Assembly (NCBI RefSeq): GCF_037042905.1
Contig: NC_087245.1
Coordinates: 24,368,001-24,432,000 of the forward strand
Source of the DNA: Lytechinus pictus
Lineage: Eukaryota
Length of the DNA stretch: 64,000 nucleotides
Direction of reading: 5' to 3'
Shown: positions 26,918 to 39,570 of the stretch, piece by piece
Position numbering within the stretch: position 1 is the first letter of the stretch
Layout of the letters: every line of letters starts with the position of its first letter
Made by a program: the position numbers and the translations under genes
The notes under the pieces: model-generated
The model's input: the letters and a program-made list of their open reading frames with translations, nothing else
Told to the model about the DNA's origin: nothing
Databases searched by the model: none

Positions 26918-27936
26918 TTTGTCTCGCCTGCATAACAGAGCGAGACTATAGGCGCCGCTTTTCCGGCGGCTGCGGCGTCAACATGAAATCTTTTAAAACC
27001 AAGGTTAAGTTAATATGGAAATGCCATCATAACTTTGATAAATAGTATATGGTGCTAGTTCATGAAACTTGGACATAAGGGTAATCAAGTATTATTGGAC
27101 ATCATGCCCGAGTTTCAGATCACATGACCAAGGTCAAAAGTCATTTCGTCAATGGACTTAAACCGTGTTGGGGTAATCAACATCGAAATCTTAACCAAGG
27201 TTAAGTTTTTGAAATGTCAACTTTGAAAGTTTATGGATCAAGTTTGTGAAACTTGGACATGAGGGTAACCATGCATCACTTAATAATCCTGCCTTAGTTT
27301 CAGGTCACATGACCAAGGTCAAACTCATTTATGGTTGACAAACTTTGGCCGGAATGGCCATAATAACTTTGAAAGTTTATGGATCTAAGTTATGAAACTT
27401 GGACATACATGTAAGGGCAATCAAGCACCACTATGACATCCTTTGCTAGTTTCAGGTCACATGACCTAGGTCAAAGGTCATACAGGGTCAACAAACTTTG
27501 GCTGTGTTGGAAATAGTTGTTGAATTGGTATTATAACCTTGAAAGTTTATGGATCTAGTTCATGAAACTTAGACATAAGAGTAATAAAGTATCATCCTGC
27601 GTGAGTTTCAGGTCACATGACCAAGGTCAAAGGTCATTTAAGGTCAGTGAACTTTGCCCATGCTTGGGGTATTGTTGAATTGCCATCATTAATTTTGAAA
27701 GTTGATGAATCTAGTTAAAGACATTTATGAGGGTAATCGAATATCACTTAATTTCCTCGAATCTACATGATAAAGGTCAAAGGTCATTAAGGATAAATGA
27801 ATATAGTCTTTTATTGTTATGTGAATGGTATTTTTTGTGAATAATTATCAAAGAGTCGTTTTCAAAGTCAACACTGCTGCTACATGTATATAGAATCGCA
27901 TAATGCAGGCGAGACTGCCAGAGGCGTTCCACTTGT
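26918..27936 (+). mobile_element. HINE/DINE-1-like element, copy 2, with more central tandem units
   Basis: GTCTCGCCTGCAT / ATGCAGGCGAGAC subterminal IRs. About 5 units containing ATAACTTTGAAAGTTTATGGATC...CATGACCAAGGTCAAAGGTCA. Same 3' end as copy 1. Confidence 0.75.
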
Positions 27937-28837
27937 ATAGATATTTTTTTGTGATATATCTCATACGAAAGAAGGAGACAATTAGGACGATTCCTTGTTT
28001 CTTGCCTTGGCCCGGAATTTGTAAACAAAAATTCATCCCGGACTAATTCCGGTCAACACCTCAGTATGAGCAGCTTATAAAAGCCTATCTTTACATGTTG
28101 TTTTGTTGCACCCAAAAGTGAATGTCACTATTCCACTTCATTTCTATTAATGCGGTGTCCCCAAAACGATTGCGGTGTGAAGGATAACACCTCATGCTTG
28201 GAATGGGCTGAAAACTTTATAATCTGTTTCAGTAGCTTTTCTAATACTCAATATGTAAAGTATCGTAAGTGCTCAAGTGGCTTTTTAAGGTAAAAATGAA
28301 ATCATTTCCGAGAGGGGGCACTACATGTAGATTCAAATTCAAATCCTAATTGGCAGAAAAATGTTGTATATATGTAAATTTCAATTGGTAAAGAAATTTT
28401 CTACCCTGAATTACATAATCTGGACAAGGCAATTGGGAAAGTGTCTGTTAAGACGGGGCTTGAGTCTGAATTTTGCAAACAATATACAAATACATTCCGT
28501 ACTTTCCTGGTTTTTATTGAACTCTCAGACTTCTCATTTTGAAAAGTAGATATTGGCCGTACATGTATGTAAATTTGACTTTTAACCCTCTAGCTACTGT
28601 ACAATGTATGTTAGCTTTTTAATACAAGCCCCCTAGAGGAAAATGTTTTATGTAGTAACGAAGCCACTGCACTTAGTAAAATTGCATTTGTGGCTTCTCC
28701 ATATTTTCCTCACACTTGTTTATGTTCTTTCTTCCTTTCGTTCTTGCATAAAAATAGTATCCAGCACTTGATTGTAAACCTCGGCGGACACACTCCGATT
28801 TTCTCATCCATCCGGTTACAAAGTAAATAGAGAGAAA

Positions 28838-29286
28838 GACACCATTCTCACTACCTTCCTAAAACTAGTTTACTGGAAACTAGTTTAACGTGTAATGAGA
28901 ACGGTCGAAGCGATCTTGAAAGCGATCTTCCAAACCAATTCATAAAACCACCTCGCGATGTAGTTTTCAAGATCGCTTTGCCTTGTTAAACTGGTTTTAG
29001 CGTAAGTGAGGACACAACTGTTCTTCGGGAAGCGATCTTCGCACATTTTGAGTGCGCTACTCTACATACTCTGTAGAATGCCTACGATGCCGTTTCGAAT
29101 TTTGCGCGAAACGTGTCACCCCCACTGACAGCGCTGCCATAGCAACAAGAATGCTTTACGTATAAGTGATTTTGAAAAACACTTTCGGGTGATCGAATGG
29201 GAACGCTAGCAAAGCAATCTTCCTAACTGGTTTCCTGAACCGGTTTCCAGTAAACTAGTTTTAGAAAGCGTAATGAGAACGGGGTC
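28838..29286. mobile_element. PIF/Harbinger-like MITE
   Basis: TIR GACACCATTCTCA..CTAAAACTAGTTTACTGGAAAC / GTTTCCAGTAAACTAGTTTTAG..TGAGAACGGGGTC, flanked by AAA on both sides. Confidence 0.75.
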
Positions 29287-29575
29287 AAAGGGAGAGTAGG
29301 CCTCATCTTGTATGTTTGAACCAGTTCTGTACTCACTTTCCTGTATGGATTTGATTAATACTAGACAGATTATTATAGAACTGGTCCAATTTTGTTTCTG
29401 GTCACAGTCACATCATCATTGAGCTTGATTGATTTTATTGCTATATACATGTACATTGTGAACATTTGAAGCATTTGGCAGTAAGGACAAATTTTCTTGA
29501 AAAATATGAGATTATGTAGTTTGTCACGGCCTCCCTCAACAAAGTGGAGTGCAATTGAGAAGATCGCATCGAGAT

Positions 29576-29747
29576 GTGGGCACCATTTCATGCAGCTTGT
29601 CAGCACTGACAAGTTGTCATTATCTGACAGTTACCATAGTAACAGTCAGAGACCAGTGATTCTTAGCCAATGGAAACCAAGGGTTTCAATGAAATTGTCA
29701 GAACTCACTATTTAGTCAGCACTGACAAGTTTCATGAGATGCCCCTG
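29576..29747. mobile_element. CWG-type MITE (related family)
   Basis: Inverted arms TTTCATG..CTTGTCAG / CTGACAAGTTTCATGAGATGCCCCTG, with an internal GTTACCATAGTAAC and AGCCAAT. Confidence 0.6.
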
Positions 29748-30019
29748 TGGTCTCTTGACATGGTCTCTTGATCTTTTTATTACAGAGAGGAAAAGGAAAG
29801 AAGGGGGAGGGGGTAGAGGATTTGAGAGGGGGAGGGGGATGGCATGCGAGGGATATGGCCTCTGATATCGATTGCACAGAATTTGAGCATGAGGAAGGGA
29901 AGTACATGTAGAAGAGCGTGGAAGGGATACAAGTGTCTGGTGGGGGGGGGGGTGTAAAAGTAAAAGGAGGGAGTCAAGATTATTTCATAGAAAATGTGAT
30001 ATGACCTGGAAGTGGTACA

Positions 30020-30442
30020 TTTAGTTTCAGCAAATTGCCTATACGTCTACTGCCAACTCGTTCACTCACCACATGGTGTCTACCTTCATTTAGCCTAATG
30101 CCGTTCTGTCCATCAACATATCGTGTAAACAACCATTTGGTCCAATCATCACTTCGTCTAATCACCAGTTCCTCTATGACCATTTCGTCTCATAACAAGT
30201 TGTTCCAATATCCAACTTATTTTCTTTCTATTTTTTTGTAATAAACACTTACTAGTAGTCTAATTAGACCAAATGATATGGACTAAATGGCTAGTGGACC
30301 AACTTGTTATTTAATAGACAAAATGGTGAGTGGACGAAATGGCAATAAGATCATGTGGATATTGGACGAATTGATGGTAGACCAAATGATAGTAGACGAG
30401 ATGGCAATTGGACGAAAAGGCATTAGACCAAATGGAAATATA
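30020..30442. repeat. Foldback-like element made of ~20-bp degenerate units in inverted arms
   Basis: The left arm repeats CATTT(C/G)GTC(T/C)A and the right arm repeats T(A/G)GAC(C/G)AAATG. A related decayed copy lies at ~11710-11985. Confidence 0.6.
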
Positions 30443-30854
30443 TTGTAGTTTTTCATGCATGCATGCGTTCGGTACATTTTAGGAATTTATTCTTGTTCTC
30501 CAATATTTTGATGTAGACATTCAAATAATAATATGTCAGTCAATATTGTCAAAAAGTCAACAGATATTTCTTCATTATGAAGGTTCTTTGTTGTGCTTGT
30601 ACATAAAATTAAACAAGCCCACATTTAAGTTCATTGGTTCTTCTTTCACTGTTTATTGGCAATGAACTAGGAAATAGAAAATATTTTCCATAAAAAAACG
30701 TATCTCTTTACAATCTACATGTATTTTAAAAGACAATGAAAAAAAAAAGAACAGTGCTATTATTGCCAATTTGAAGATTGGATGAAGTAGTCCTTATTAA
30801 TAGATCATGCCCTGTGGTTGTGTTGAATGTGATTTCTTATGTGTTTTCTTGCAG

Positions 30855-31091
30855 ACGGAGCATGCTGATTGTCATCTAGATAAGATGTGGACTCACTGCC
30901 TGGGTTGATGCATTTCTTCAAGATCCTTCGTCTCCAGATGAGAGAAAAACAAGAGCTTCATTTCTTCTCCAGACGTGCTGTTATCCAGGGAATATAAAGA
31001 ATCAAGGGACGAGGCTTACAGTCGGACGGAGGACATCCTCTCTGCTCTCTCTCTCTCTCTCTTGCTGGAGGATCAGCAGCAAAGATAAGAG
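30855..31091 (+). other. IRS: Probable 5' UTR part of the first coding exon of IRS, containing uORFs
   Basis: Strong acceptor GTGTTTTCTTGCAG| at 30841-30854 upstream of the ATG implies an upstream non-coding exon. Three short ATG-initiated ORFs lie in this segment. Confidence 0.6.
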
Positions 31092-31184
31092 ATGTCTTCG
31101 CAGAAGGAAAACGTCCCCATTCCTTGTGGAGTTGAACTGTCCGTAGGGGACATCGAGAAATCTGGTTATCTGCGGAAGCTTAAG
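31092..31184 (+). CDS. IRS: Insulin receptor substrate (IRS/chico-like), first coding exon (start of PH domain)
   Basis: ATG at 31092 with an in-frame TAA at 31086. Translates MSSQKENVPIPCGVELSVGDIEKSGYLRKLK, then donor AAG|GTTAGA (phase 0). Joined to the next exon it gives GYLRKLK-TMRKKFFVLR, the IRS PH beta1-beta2 signature. Absent from the ORF track because it is short. Confidence 0.9.
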
Positions 31185-34100
31185 GTTAGATTTGATTTAT
31201 GAATTGCCTTCAAGCTACATTATTGAAGTTGTTAGGCTCTCAAGTATATATCTTTTTTTCTTTACATTTCTTTTAATACTTTAGAAGTAGGATTAAAATA
31301 TCTTTTCAAGAACAGGACATTAGGTGGCAATATGCATGTAACATGAAAAATTGAAGGAGTCTCAAGTGATGAATTTAATTCTAATATCAAGATTAAAAAT
31401 ATTTCCTCTTGGAACTTGACCACACACATATCTTTTATCAGTCAATTATCTTGTCCTTGCTGTCATGCTCTTTTGCTATTGAAATACATGAAGTCTCTTT
31501 TAATACTTGTTGTTTAGAATCCCTTTGCCCTTATGCAATTGATAAGAACCAAATTTGTGAAGACAGAAATTCAAGCAAAGATGAACCATTCCATTTTATT
31601 CTGATAACAATAACAATAATAATAGAGATAAGTACACACACCGTCCAGAGACGCTCATGGCGCTCGCGCAGCAACAGTTCTTTTGGATAAACATCATGTA
31701 ATTGCATGACTTCAAAGTTCAGATAGCGTTTAAATGTCGAAGTTATCGTATGATACAAGTGGTAGGGAAAATTATAGTATAATTTCCAAATTTATTTGGT
31801 TGATATTTGCAAGAAAGTATCCTTTAATTTTTTTTTTCTATTTGTGTACCTTTAAAAAGTTTTTTTTTTCTATTTGTGTAAAATCCTATCCTAAATGTCC
31901 TAGGCATACATCAATATTTGAAATCAACCTACTGAATTGTGAGGACCTAGAAAATGTGAACCTTTAGGGAGAATGCAGGCATTCTGATTTGCCAATTGAA
32001 ATCACTTGACTTTATACAGTATTTACGCTCAAGATTAATTTCTTTTTTACTGAATACATCATGTACTATGAAGTTGCAATCATTGGTACATGTAGACTGA
32101 ATAGGCTGCTCTAAATCTTAATAGACCATAATTTTTCTCATGACATGATTTTGATGTTGATCTTAATTTGACGGTGTGCACCATGGATTATTATGGTGCC
32201 TGTTTTCCCACCTCTATTTGTGCTGAACAATACTTCTTAATATTGAACTCTTCAGCAAACTACGAGGTCACACTTTGACAACCTGGTGCCGTGGTCATCG
32301 GCGATTGGTACCTACATTATGTATGATACATACATGTATAGTTTGGACTCTGGGGTCATGAATGGCAATTCATGCCTCTTCGATGATGATATTATCATCC
32401 AGTTAATAGTCCCAAACATAATAAATCATTTATGATTGATTCACAAAATATCCCCCAAACACGCATACACACACAAAAAGAAAACTAAAAACCTTTTCTC
32501 TTTTTTTTTCCTGGGGGGGGGGAGGGGGTGGTTGCATGTGCCCCTGTGTTTTTTCCACCGTGTACTGTTCAGAGAGGTACACAGGTTTCATACATTTATA
32601 GTGTACAGTGTACATGTATGTTCTATTATTAAAATGACTTTCTCTAAAGCATGTCCTCAAGAGAACGTACGTTACATATACAGTAGTGCAATCAATCATT
32701 TCTGAGATCGTCCTTGCCATTGACTGCCTTTGAATACATGTGCTTGTTGGTGTGCTTTTGCATTCTGCATATTGGGCAATGTACATTGGCATGTAGATTG
32801 CACTAGATTGTGAATAATTAGAAGTTAGAACAGACATGTAGATATGCAAATTCAAATTTCCGAAACTACTGTATTTGATCCATCATTTTAAATCCATTGT
32901 GTTGTGAATAACACAAGTCATCTTTGTGTTGTGTATCATACACATAAAGGTGCGCACCATACGCTACACAGTCTAAAAGCATAAAGTTGTTATGAAGATC
33001 TCTCTCTTTTTCAGAATGGTATCTGAATTTCTGAAAAGGTACACCTTTTAGGTAAATATTGAGGATACATGCTCTGCATCTGAATTTGAAATTCCGCAAT
33101 TTTAATTAGATTTGGCTCAATTTGTCAGACCTCAATTGCAATTACTTCCCGATATTCAGAGAACACATCAAATTTTCTCCTCATGGTTGTTATGAAAAAA
33201 ATAACCTGCGACCTGTGAGGGTATCATTCTCTCTCTCTCTTTATCTTTAAGCTTTTGCTGATATTTTTACAAAATCATGTCAATGGAATTTTTAAATCAA
33301 ATTTATTCTTACAATGACATGAGCTGTGATAAATAGATAATGTCATACAAGGTCCTCTACATTACCTAATCCTACTTTTCTTTTCTACTGTTATATTTCT
33401 ATACTAAAATTTTAAAGATTCACTTCCAAATTTTTTGTGACAATGATCTTGATTGGTCAGTAACATTATTTGATTGATTTGCAAACTTTAGACGGTGCCA
33501 TGGTATTGAGATTAACTTCATTCAGGATCTAAAAAAAAACATTCTCTTGCAGCTGTAATCATATTAAGCGCAAACTTTTTTTTAGGTTAGACCAGAATCA
33601 GCTGAGATTTTTAAGCTAATTAGTCCCTTTATCAATTGCTGCGATAATGATTACCAAGGTTTTAGCATTCCTTGGAACACTAGGCCGTGGAGGGAAAAGT
33701 TATACATGTACATGTGTATCTCTAATATTGCGAAGCATGTAATGATTCTTTGTATTATACAAATTTCAGGGTTTCCTCTTGAAACAATATTGCATGCACT
33801 GAGATTGAGAGCAAACATAATGGACCACTCAGCTCACAATTTTGTGAACCTCTAAAAGCTACTTAGTCCTTTAAATCTTGAAGCAAAAAGTACTACCAAA
33901 ATTGATTTTTATTTTCTATTCAGAAAGGGGAAAATTGGAAAAGATTAGATTGTACATTGTACCCGGAAAAAAGGAAAGATTTTGCTGGTATCATCGGTGG
34001 AAACCGTGTGAATGCTCTTGGGACAAAATCGTCTATGACAAAACATGGTTAATACCGTTCATCATCAAGATGCACAATACAAGTAGTATCTTTGGCAGAA

Positions 34101-34675
34101 AATTTGCACAAAGGCCGTCCATGGATATGCAAGGATAGATAGAGCGCGCCTCCTCTTGTTTTTTGTAGGTGTTTTCTTGTTTCAATCGGATGGTACACTA
34201 ATGAGGAGGATTCATCACAGTGTCTGTGTCATCTGCCGAGATGGTCTAAATACCTTGGCTGGTAAACATGTTGTTGACATGTCCAACGCGTCCTCATGAG
34301 AAACAACTAATCATCTATCAGGGGGCGCATGCATGCTATGAATAGGCCGAAGACAAACTATGTCGGCAATTAGTCTCTTGGTGCTCATGTGTTCTTGCAG
34401 GAGGTCTCCGACGACGATGGAGGCGGGTAGGAATGACGGATGCTGCCCAGGTTGGAGATATTTCAGATACATTTACAACATGTCTGCAGCATCTCATTTT
34501 CTTGCGAAATGATGAGCATGCTCTTAATCTAATTATTTTGAATAAACAAGGAAAATGCAGGTAAAACAAACAAGGGAAAATTTGTTGTGTACAGGTATAT
34601 GTACACTGGCAAGTAACAATTAAATGATAATTTGGCAATATGCGTTTGAGATGTACATGTATACAATCTACACAT

Positions 34676-34945
34676 CTAAGCGCTTCACAGATTTATCATT
34701 ACCCCGTCATTGGATTCAATCAGTCATTCTCGCGCACAGTGTATGCGCATCCTCCACTCCCAGGGAGTATTCCAGCCACTTGCCGTTGAGGCACTACACA
34801 TTACTGGACAAGCTACAATGATCTTCAAATCCTACCAGGTACCCAAAAAAATAGCACCTGGGTGGAGAGTGGCAGAGTGAAACAATTTGCCAAAGGACGC
34901 TATTGCCGCTCTGATTACAAAGCAAGAGTGAGAACCGCTACACCC
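34676..34945 (-). mobile_element. tRNA-derived SINE (degenerate)
   Basis: The minus strand reads a GGTGTAGCGGT A-box-like head, then CCTTTGGCAA...CACTCTCCACCCAGGTG...TGGGTACC, a central motif shared by many metazoan SINEs, and ends in an AAGCGCTTAG tail. Confidence 0.6.
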
Positions 34946-37574
34946 TGGCTCTTCCAGTGGTGTTTCATAATACGCCATCTGCTCCTTGATATTTAAAATG
35001 GACACCAAAATACATTGTAGATAATAACATTTTGAAAATAAATACAACTAGGCCTTGCATATTGCTGTTTTCCGTATTTTATTTTAAAAGTCATGTGCCT
35101 ACCCTGGTCACCACCTTCCCTCCTTCCCCTACTCCTACCCCCCCCCCCTCCTCTCTCTCTCATTCTCTATGTCATTCTTTTTAGATGTGATTTGCTGTCT
35201 TTTCTCTCTGGTTTTCTCTGTACATGTATTGTATGTCACTCCTTGTCTCACTTTTTAGTTTTCTGAATATAATATAGTTTTCTCTCCCATTGACCATCTC
35301 TCTGCGTTTCATAGTGGACTTCATCACATTTCCCCTTGCGATGCCACACAACAGATAAAATGTCTGGTTTCTTGCTGAGGGGGAGGGGGGGGGGGGAAGC
35401 AATGAATTTCTCAAAACGGTCTATCGGTTCAGCTTCTCAATTGGCCTGAAAGAAGATACCCAGCCGCCGGGCACAAACCCTGCACTGAATTTTAATGACT
35501 TGTTGAACTTGATTTCCTTCGGCCACCCCGGGTTCATTTCACACGCAATAGTTCATTAAAGGTGTTGGATAACTTCTCCATGTTGTTAACAGTGTATTTA
35601 CTATCATAGAGTCAAGGGAATTCCCAGAAAAAAAATTCCTACAAACTTTGTAACCATCCTTTGAATATCAAGACATGTTTTGTAAAAAGTAAACAAAAAA
35701 TGGTGAACAGAAATGCTTCACTTTTTCCTCTTAATGCATACACGTGAGGTGCATATAGCATGGGGTATACCATACCAACTATTAGATGGATCAAATGAAA
35801 AGGAATTATTAAACGTGTGTATGAGTAAATGCTGTACATGATACAAATTTTGAAGACCATTTTCCCTGCCTGTTCGACACCGAAAGTCAAGTAATACAAC
35901 ATATACTTGAATTGATTCTCGAAGGATTTCCAATCTCTTTAAAACTCCATGCACACTTTCTGTGTGGCCCTATTCAAATACACTCTTCCAAGCCAGTATT
36001 TACAATGCTATTTACAGATGGTAAGATGATCATGAAAGGAGTGAAGATGAGATGGAAAATTAGATTAAAGAACCGAACGAAGACCTGTATATATTAAGGC
36101 CTTACAATCTAGTTCAAAAGTTATATTTTTTAGCATTCGAGGACCTCAGTGATTATTTTTTTCTTTCTGGATTCTGGTTAACACTTTCACCGTTTTTTTT
36201 TATTCAAATTTCACTGTTAATTCAAATTTTAAAATTTAGAATAACAAACAAAAGATATTTTTGTCGGAAGGGATTTAAATCATACTGTTTACCCTTTATT
36301 TATTTTATTTATTTAATCTCGAATATTTATACAGAGTGACCTGATCAGCATAAAAAACATACAATATACGAAAAACATAGAAAAACAGGACATTATGAGA
36401 TACAAGAAAAGGCAACAAATACAAAGTAAAAATACGAGAATATGTTACGAGGTGGCAAGCCCACCCACCCCACATCTCAGATCTGATCAGTTTGACCCAG
36501 GAAGTAAATGTCATGCAATTTTAAATTGTACGGTGTCTAGGTCTGAAGTGAAAGAAGGCTCGCTATCCCTGGCAGATTCTATTGATTTTTGTCATCACAC
36601 ACTAAAAATAAATCAGTCAAAAATGACTACTGTATAAGTTGTTATTTTTGCGTATTTCATGAAGGGCCGATATGATCGGCCACAAATTTAACAACGCGTG
36701 AAAATATTGACACATTTTAGTGCCAATGTCCCCGACAGGAAAGCTAAGCTTGCTGTCATTAACATTCTGTGTGGTGAAAAATGGAGAAAAAAATGGAAAA
36801 TTTTATACAAAAAATAAGGTTGAGAAAATATGGTTAGTAATTCAAAAAGTTAGCTCGAATTTCACAGTTTTATTTCTCAGTTTTATTTCTCAAACAAAAT
36901 CAGAGCCTAAATTATTTCCTAACATATTTTTATCAATATTTATTCACTCACTGTAATATTACAATGTATTTTCCATGCAATTATTTGATTTTATTGTCTA
37001 CTGATTGACTCTATATACAGGTACATTGCCACATTGGCAGCTATTTGCATACTCATTAATATTCAAAAGTCACATGACCATAGGTTTTAGAGGTGTGAGA
37101 TTCTGTTCACAAAGAAGAACATTTTTGCACTTAGACCAACTAAAAAAAAAAATGAATATAACAAAACACAACTTTCAAAGATTGCTTTTACAGATCACAC
37201 TGTGACAAGACATGATGAATTTTCAGATCTAAACGTACAAAAAAATGACATTTAAGCCACTTTTTTCACACTTTGTAACATATCTATGTACAAAAGACAC
37301 ATCAGCATTGGGGCTTCGAGGAGCATACTTTTGCACATGTTTTGCACTATTTTTGCTTCTCTGAAATGTGGAGTGTTTGGTACATCTTCTGGTCGAAAAT
37401 TCAGCAACCCACGAAAATGGACCCTGTGATTCGTGAAAATAACATAAGGGTCAGCTCGGTGCAACTGTTATGTCATATTTGACTATTTTCTAGTGGTATT
37501 TTTAATACTAGAACAAAGTTATTTCTGACTCTAATATACATGTACATGTGTCAGAAATGTGACTAGACATATCA

Positions 37575-38009
37575 CAGGTTGCTACATAACTTTTTAGAAG
37601 CGCTTGTCCGGTCGGGCAAGTAAAATTTTAAATAGTTGGGATATACTTGCCCAAAAATCTATTTCACTTGCCCGAAAAAATCCTTGAAAAAAAGGGTTAC
37701 CTCTTCAAAAGAAAGTGTTACGGTTTTATAAACTTTTGACATTTCCTCTCTTTTAACATGAACTGATCTACCTTGATATTGCATTTATTTTTCCAAAGTG
37801 ATTTTGTCTTTCCTGCCATGACCAAATTGAGGGTCAATATCATATCGACCCTAATTTTAGTCATCTATCTGTGAGAATTTTGCTTTCTACTGTGTGAATT
37901 TTGCTTGCCCAATTTGGGCAAGTAGTTTTGGTCTTTACTTCAAAACACTTGCCCAACTATAACTTTTACTTGCCCCGGGCAATCGGGCAAGTGCTTATGT
38001 AGCACCCTG
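37575..38009. mobile_element. hAT-like MITE
   Basis: CAGGTTGCTACATAA / TTATGTAGCACCCTG termini and multiple (A)CTTGCCC/GGGCAAGT subterminal repeats. TSD degenerate. Confidence 0.7.
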
Positions 38010-39043
38010 CATGATATCAGTTGCACCTATAGCTTTCAATTTTTAAGAGTGAAATGGGATATATATGAACATGAGTTCCGAGCTCCTCTAATAGCGTGGG
38101 CTGAATGGGATGACCAGACACAAATCGGTGTTTGGAAAAAAACGTGCAGATGGTCAACAAGAGGTTCTATGTATGCAAAAATGAAACAATAACCTAAAGA
38201 TCAGAAGTCGTACACATTTTAACTAGTCGATTGCATTGATATATTTCGCAGCCGGCAGTAACAACACTCAGAAAAATTTATCTAAAAAGTGTGGGCATAG
38301 TGTGACCTCTCTTCCGGGTCAACAGAATATCATCCCGCGATCCGAAACCAGCTACAGATCGTGATTTCACCTTGAAAAAAATTAAGCGTAAACAGCACTC
38401 TCAGAACCATGATTGCGATTGGTGTTCTGAAGGAGCATTTAAAAATGCTGATTTTGTCTTTGCAATGGAAGCATAAACACATAAAGAGAGAGACATAGAA
38501 GGGGGGGTGTTGAGCTGCAGTTAGTAATTTTGCCTTTCATATTATAGTTTCCCCGTTCTTGTTTAGAAAATGATAACTTATACTTCTTTGCTTGGATAGT
38601 GGGCAGTGTTGATTGTCATTTTAGAAAAAATGAATTTTTATTCTCTAGATTGTTGGTATTGAGCTGATTTGACAAAAAAATATCCAACAAATCCCATGAA
38701 ATGAGTTTCCAATTTGTTTGAAGAGTAGATCAGCATTTTTTTCTGGGTGGCAGTCCAGCAAATTAATCTTTTTTTCTGGAGAGTATGGTGTAGAATTATA
38801 TCCACAGGGCATAGGTAATTGCATGTTAATACTTTCATCTAATTTCCAAGTACTCTGGAAATATATGAATATTTTAGAAGGCCTCGGCTCTGTGAGCATG
38901 CCTATACAAAAAATATAACGTTAAAAAACAAGGTATAGCAAATACAATCTCAAAACTCTTCTTAAACCATTACAGAGTTCTTTAGAATCCCTATCTTTAT
39001 GTACTTTTTGTCAGGCACCATTGCCTTTTTCATATGCTTGCTT

Positions 39044-39445
39044 TAAAAGGGAAGTTCACCCTGACAAAAAGTTGATTGTAAATATAATGGTGAAGGTTTG
39101 AGGGAAATCCATCAATGATTCAAAAAGTAGAATTCTAATTTGTGACATCGAATGCGAGCAGCTTTCCATGTATCATGGATTTAAAAATTTAACGAAATTC
39201 AATTTTCTAAAAAAATTGAAAATGACTTTTATTGGACGTTGATTATATCAACAAACAAATGATATCACACCCACTCCTGAAAAAAAGAAATGTTTTAGTC
39301 ATCATGAATCGTTAAAAGATTGAAATTTATGCATTTCATAAAATTTAACATAATTATATGGGGCATCTGGCATCTGCTCGTATATGATGTCATACATGTA
39401 TGTAAATAAAAAGCTTAAAATTCTATAACTCTCCAAATCCTTCAT
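39044..39445 (+). mobile_element. Truncated Kolobok-like element
   Basis: Starts TTAAAAGGGAAGTTCACCCTGAC. No matching right terminus is found before the (GAT)n tract. Confidence 0.4.
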
Positions 39446-39451
39446 GAATTC

Positions 39452-39570
39452 ATGATGATGATGATGATGATGATGATGAAGGTGATAAAGATGATAATGA
39501 TGAATGCAATACAAGATGATGATGGTGATGAATGACGATAATGATGATAATGATGAATGCAATACAAGAT
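39452..39570. repeat. (GAT)n microsatellite, degenerate
   Basis: ATGATGATG... run with a duplicated ATGATGAATGCAATACAAGAT. Confidence 0.9.
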
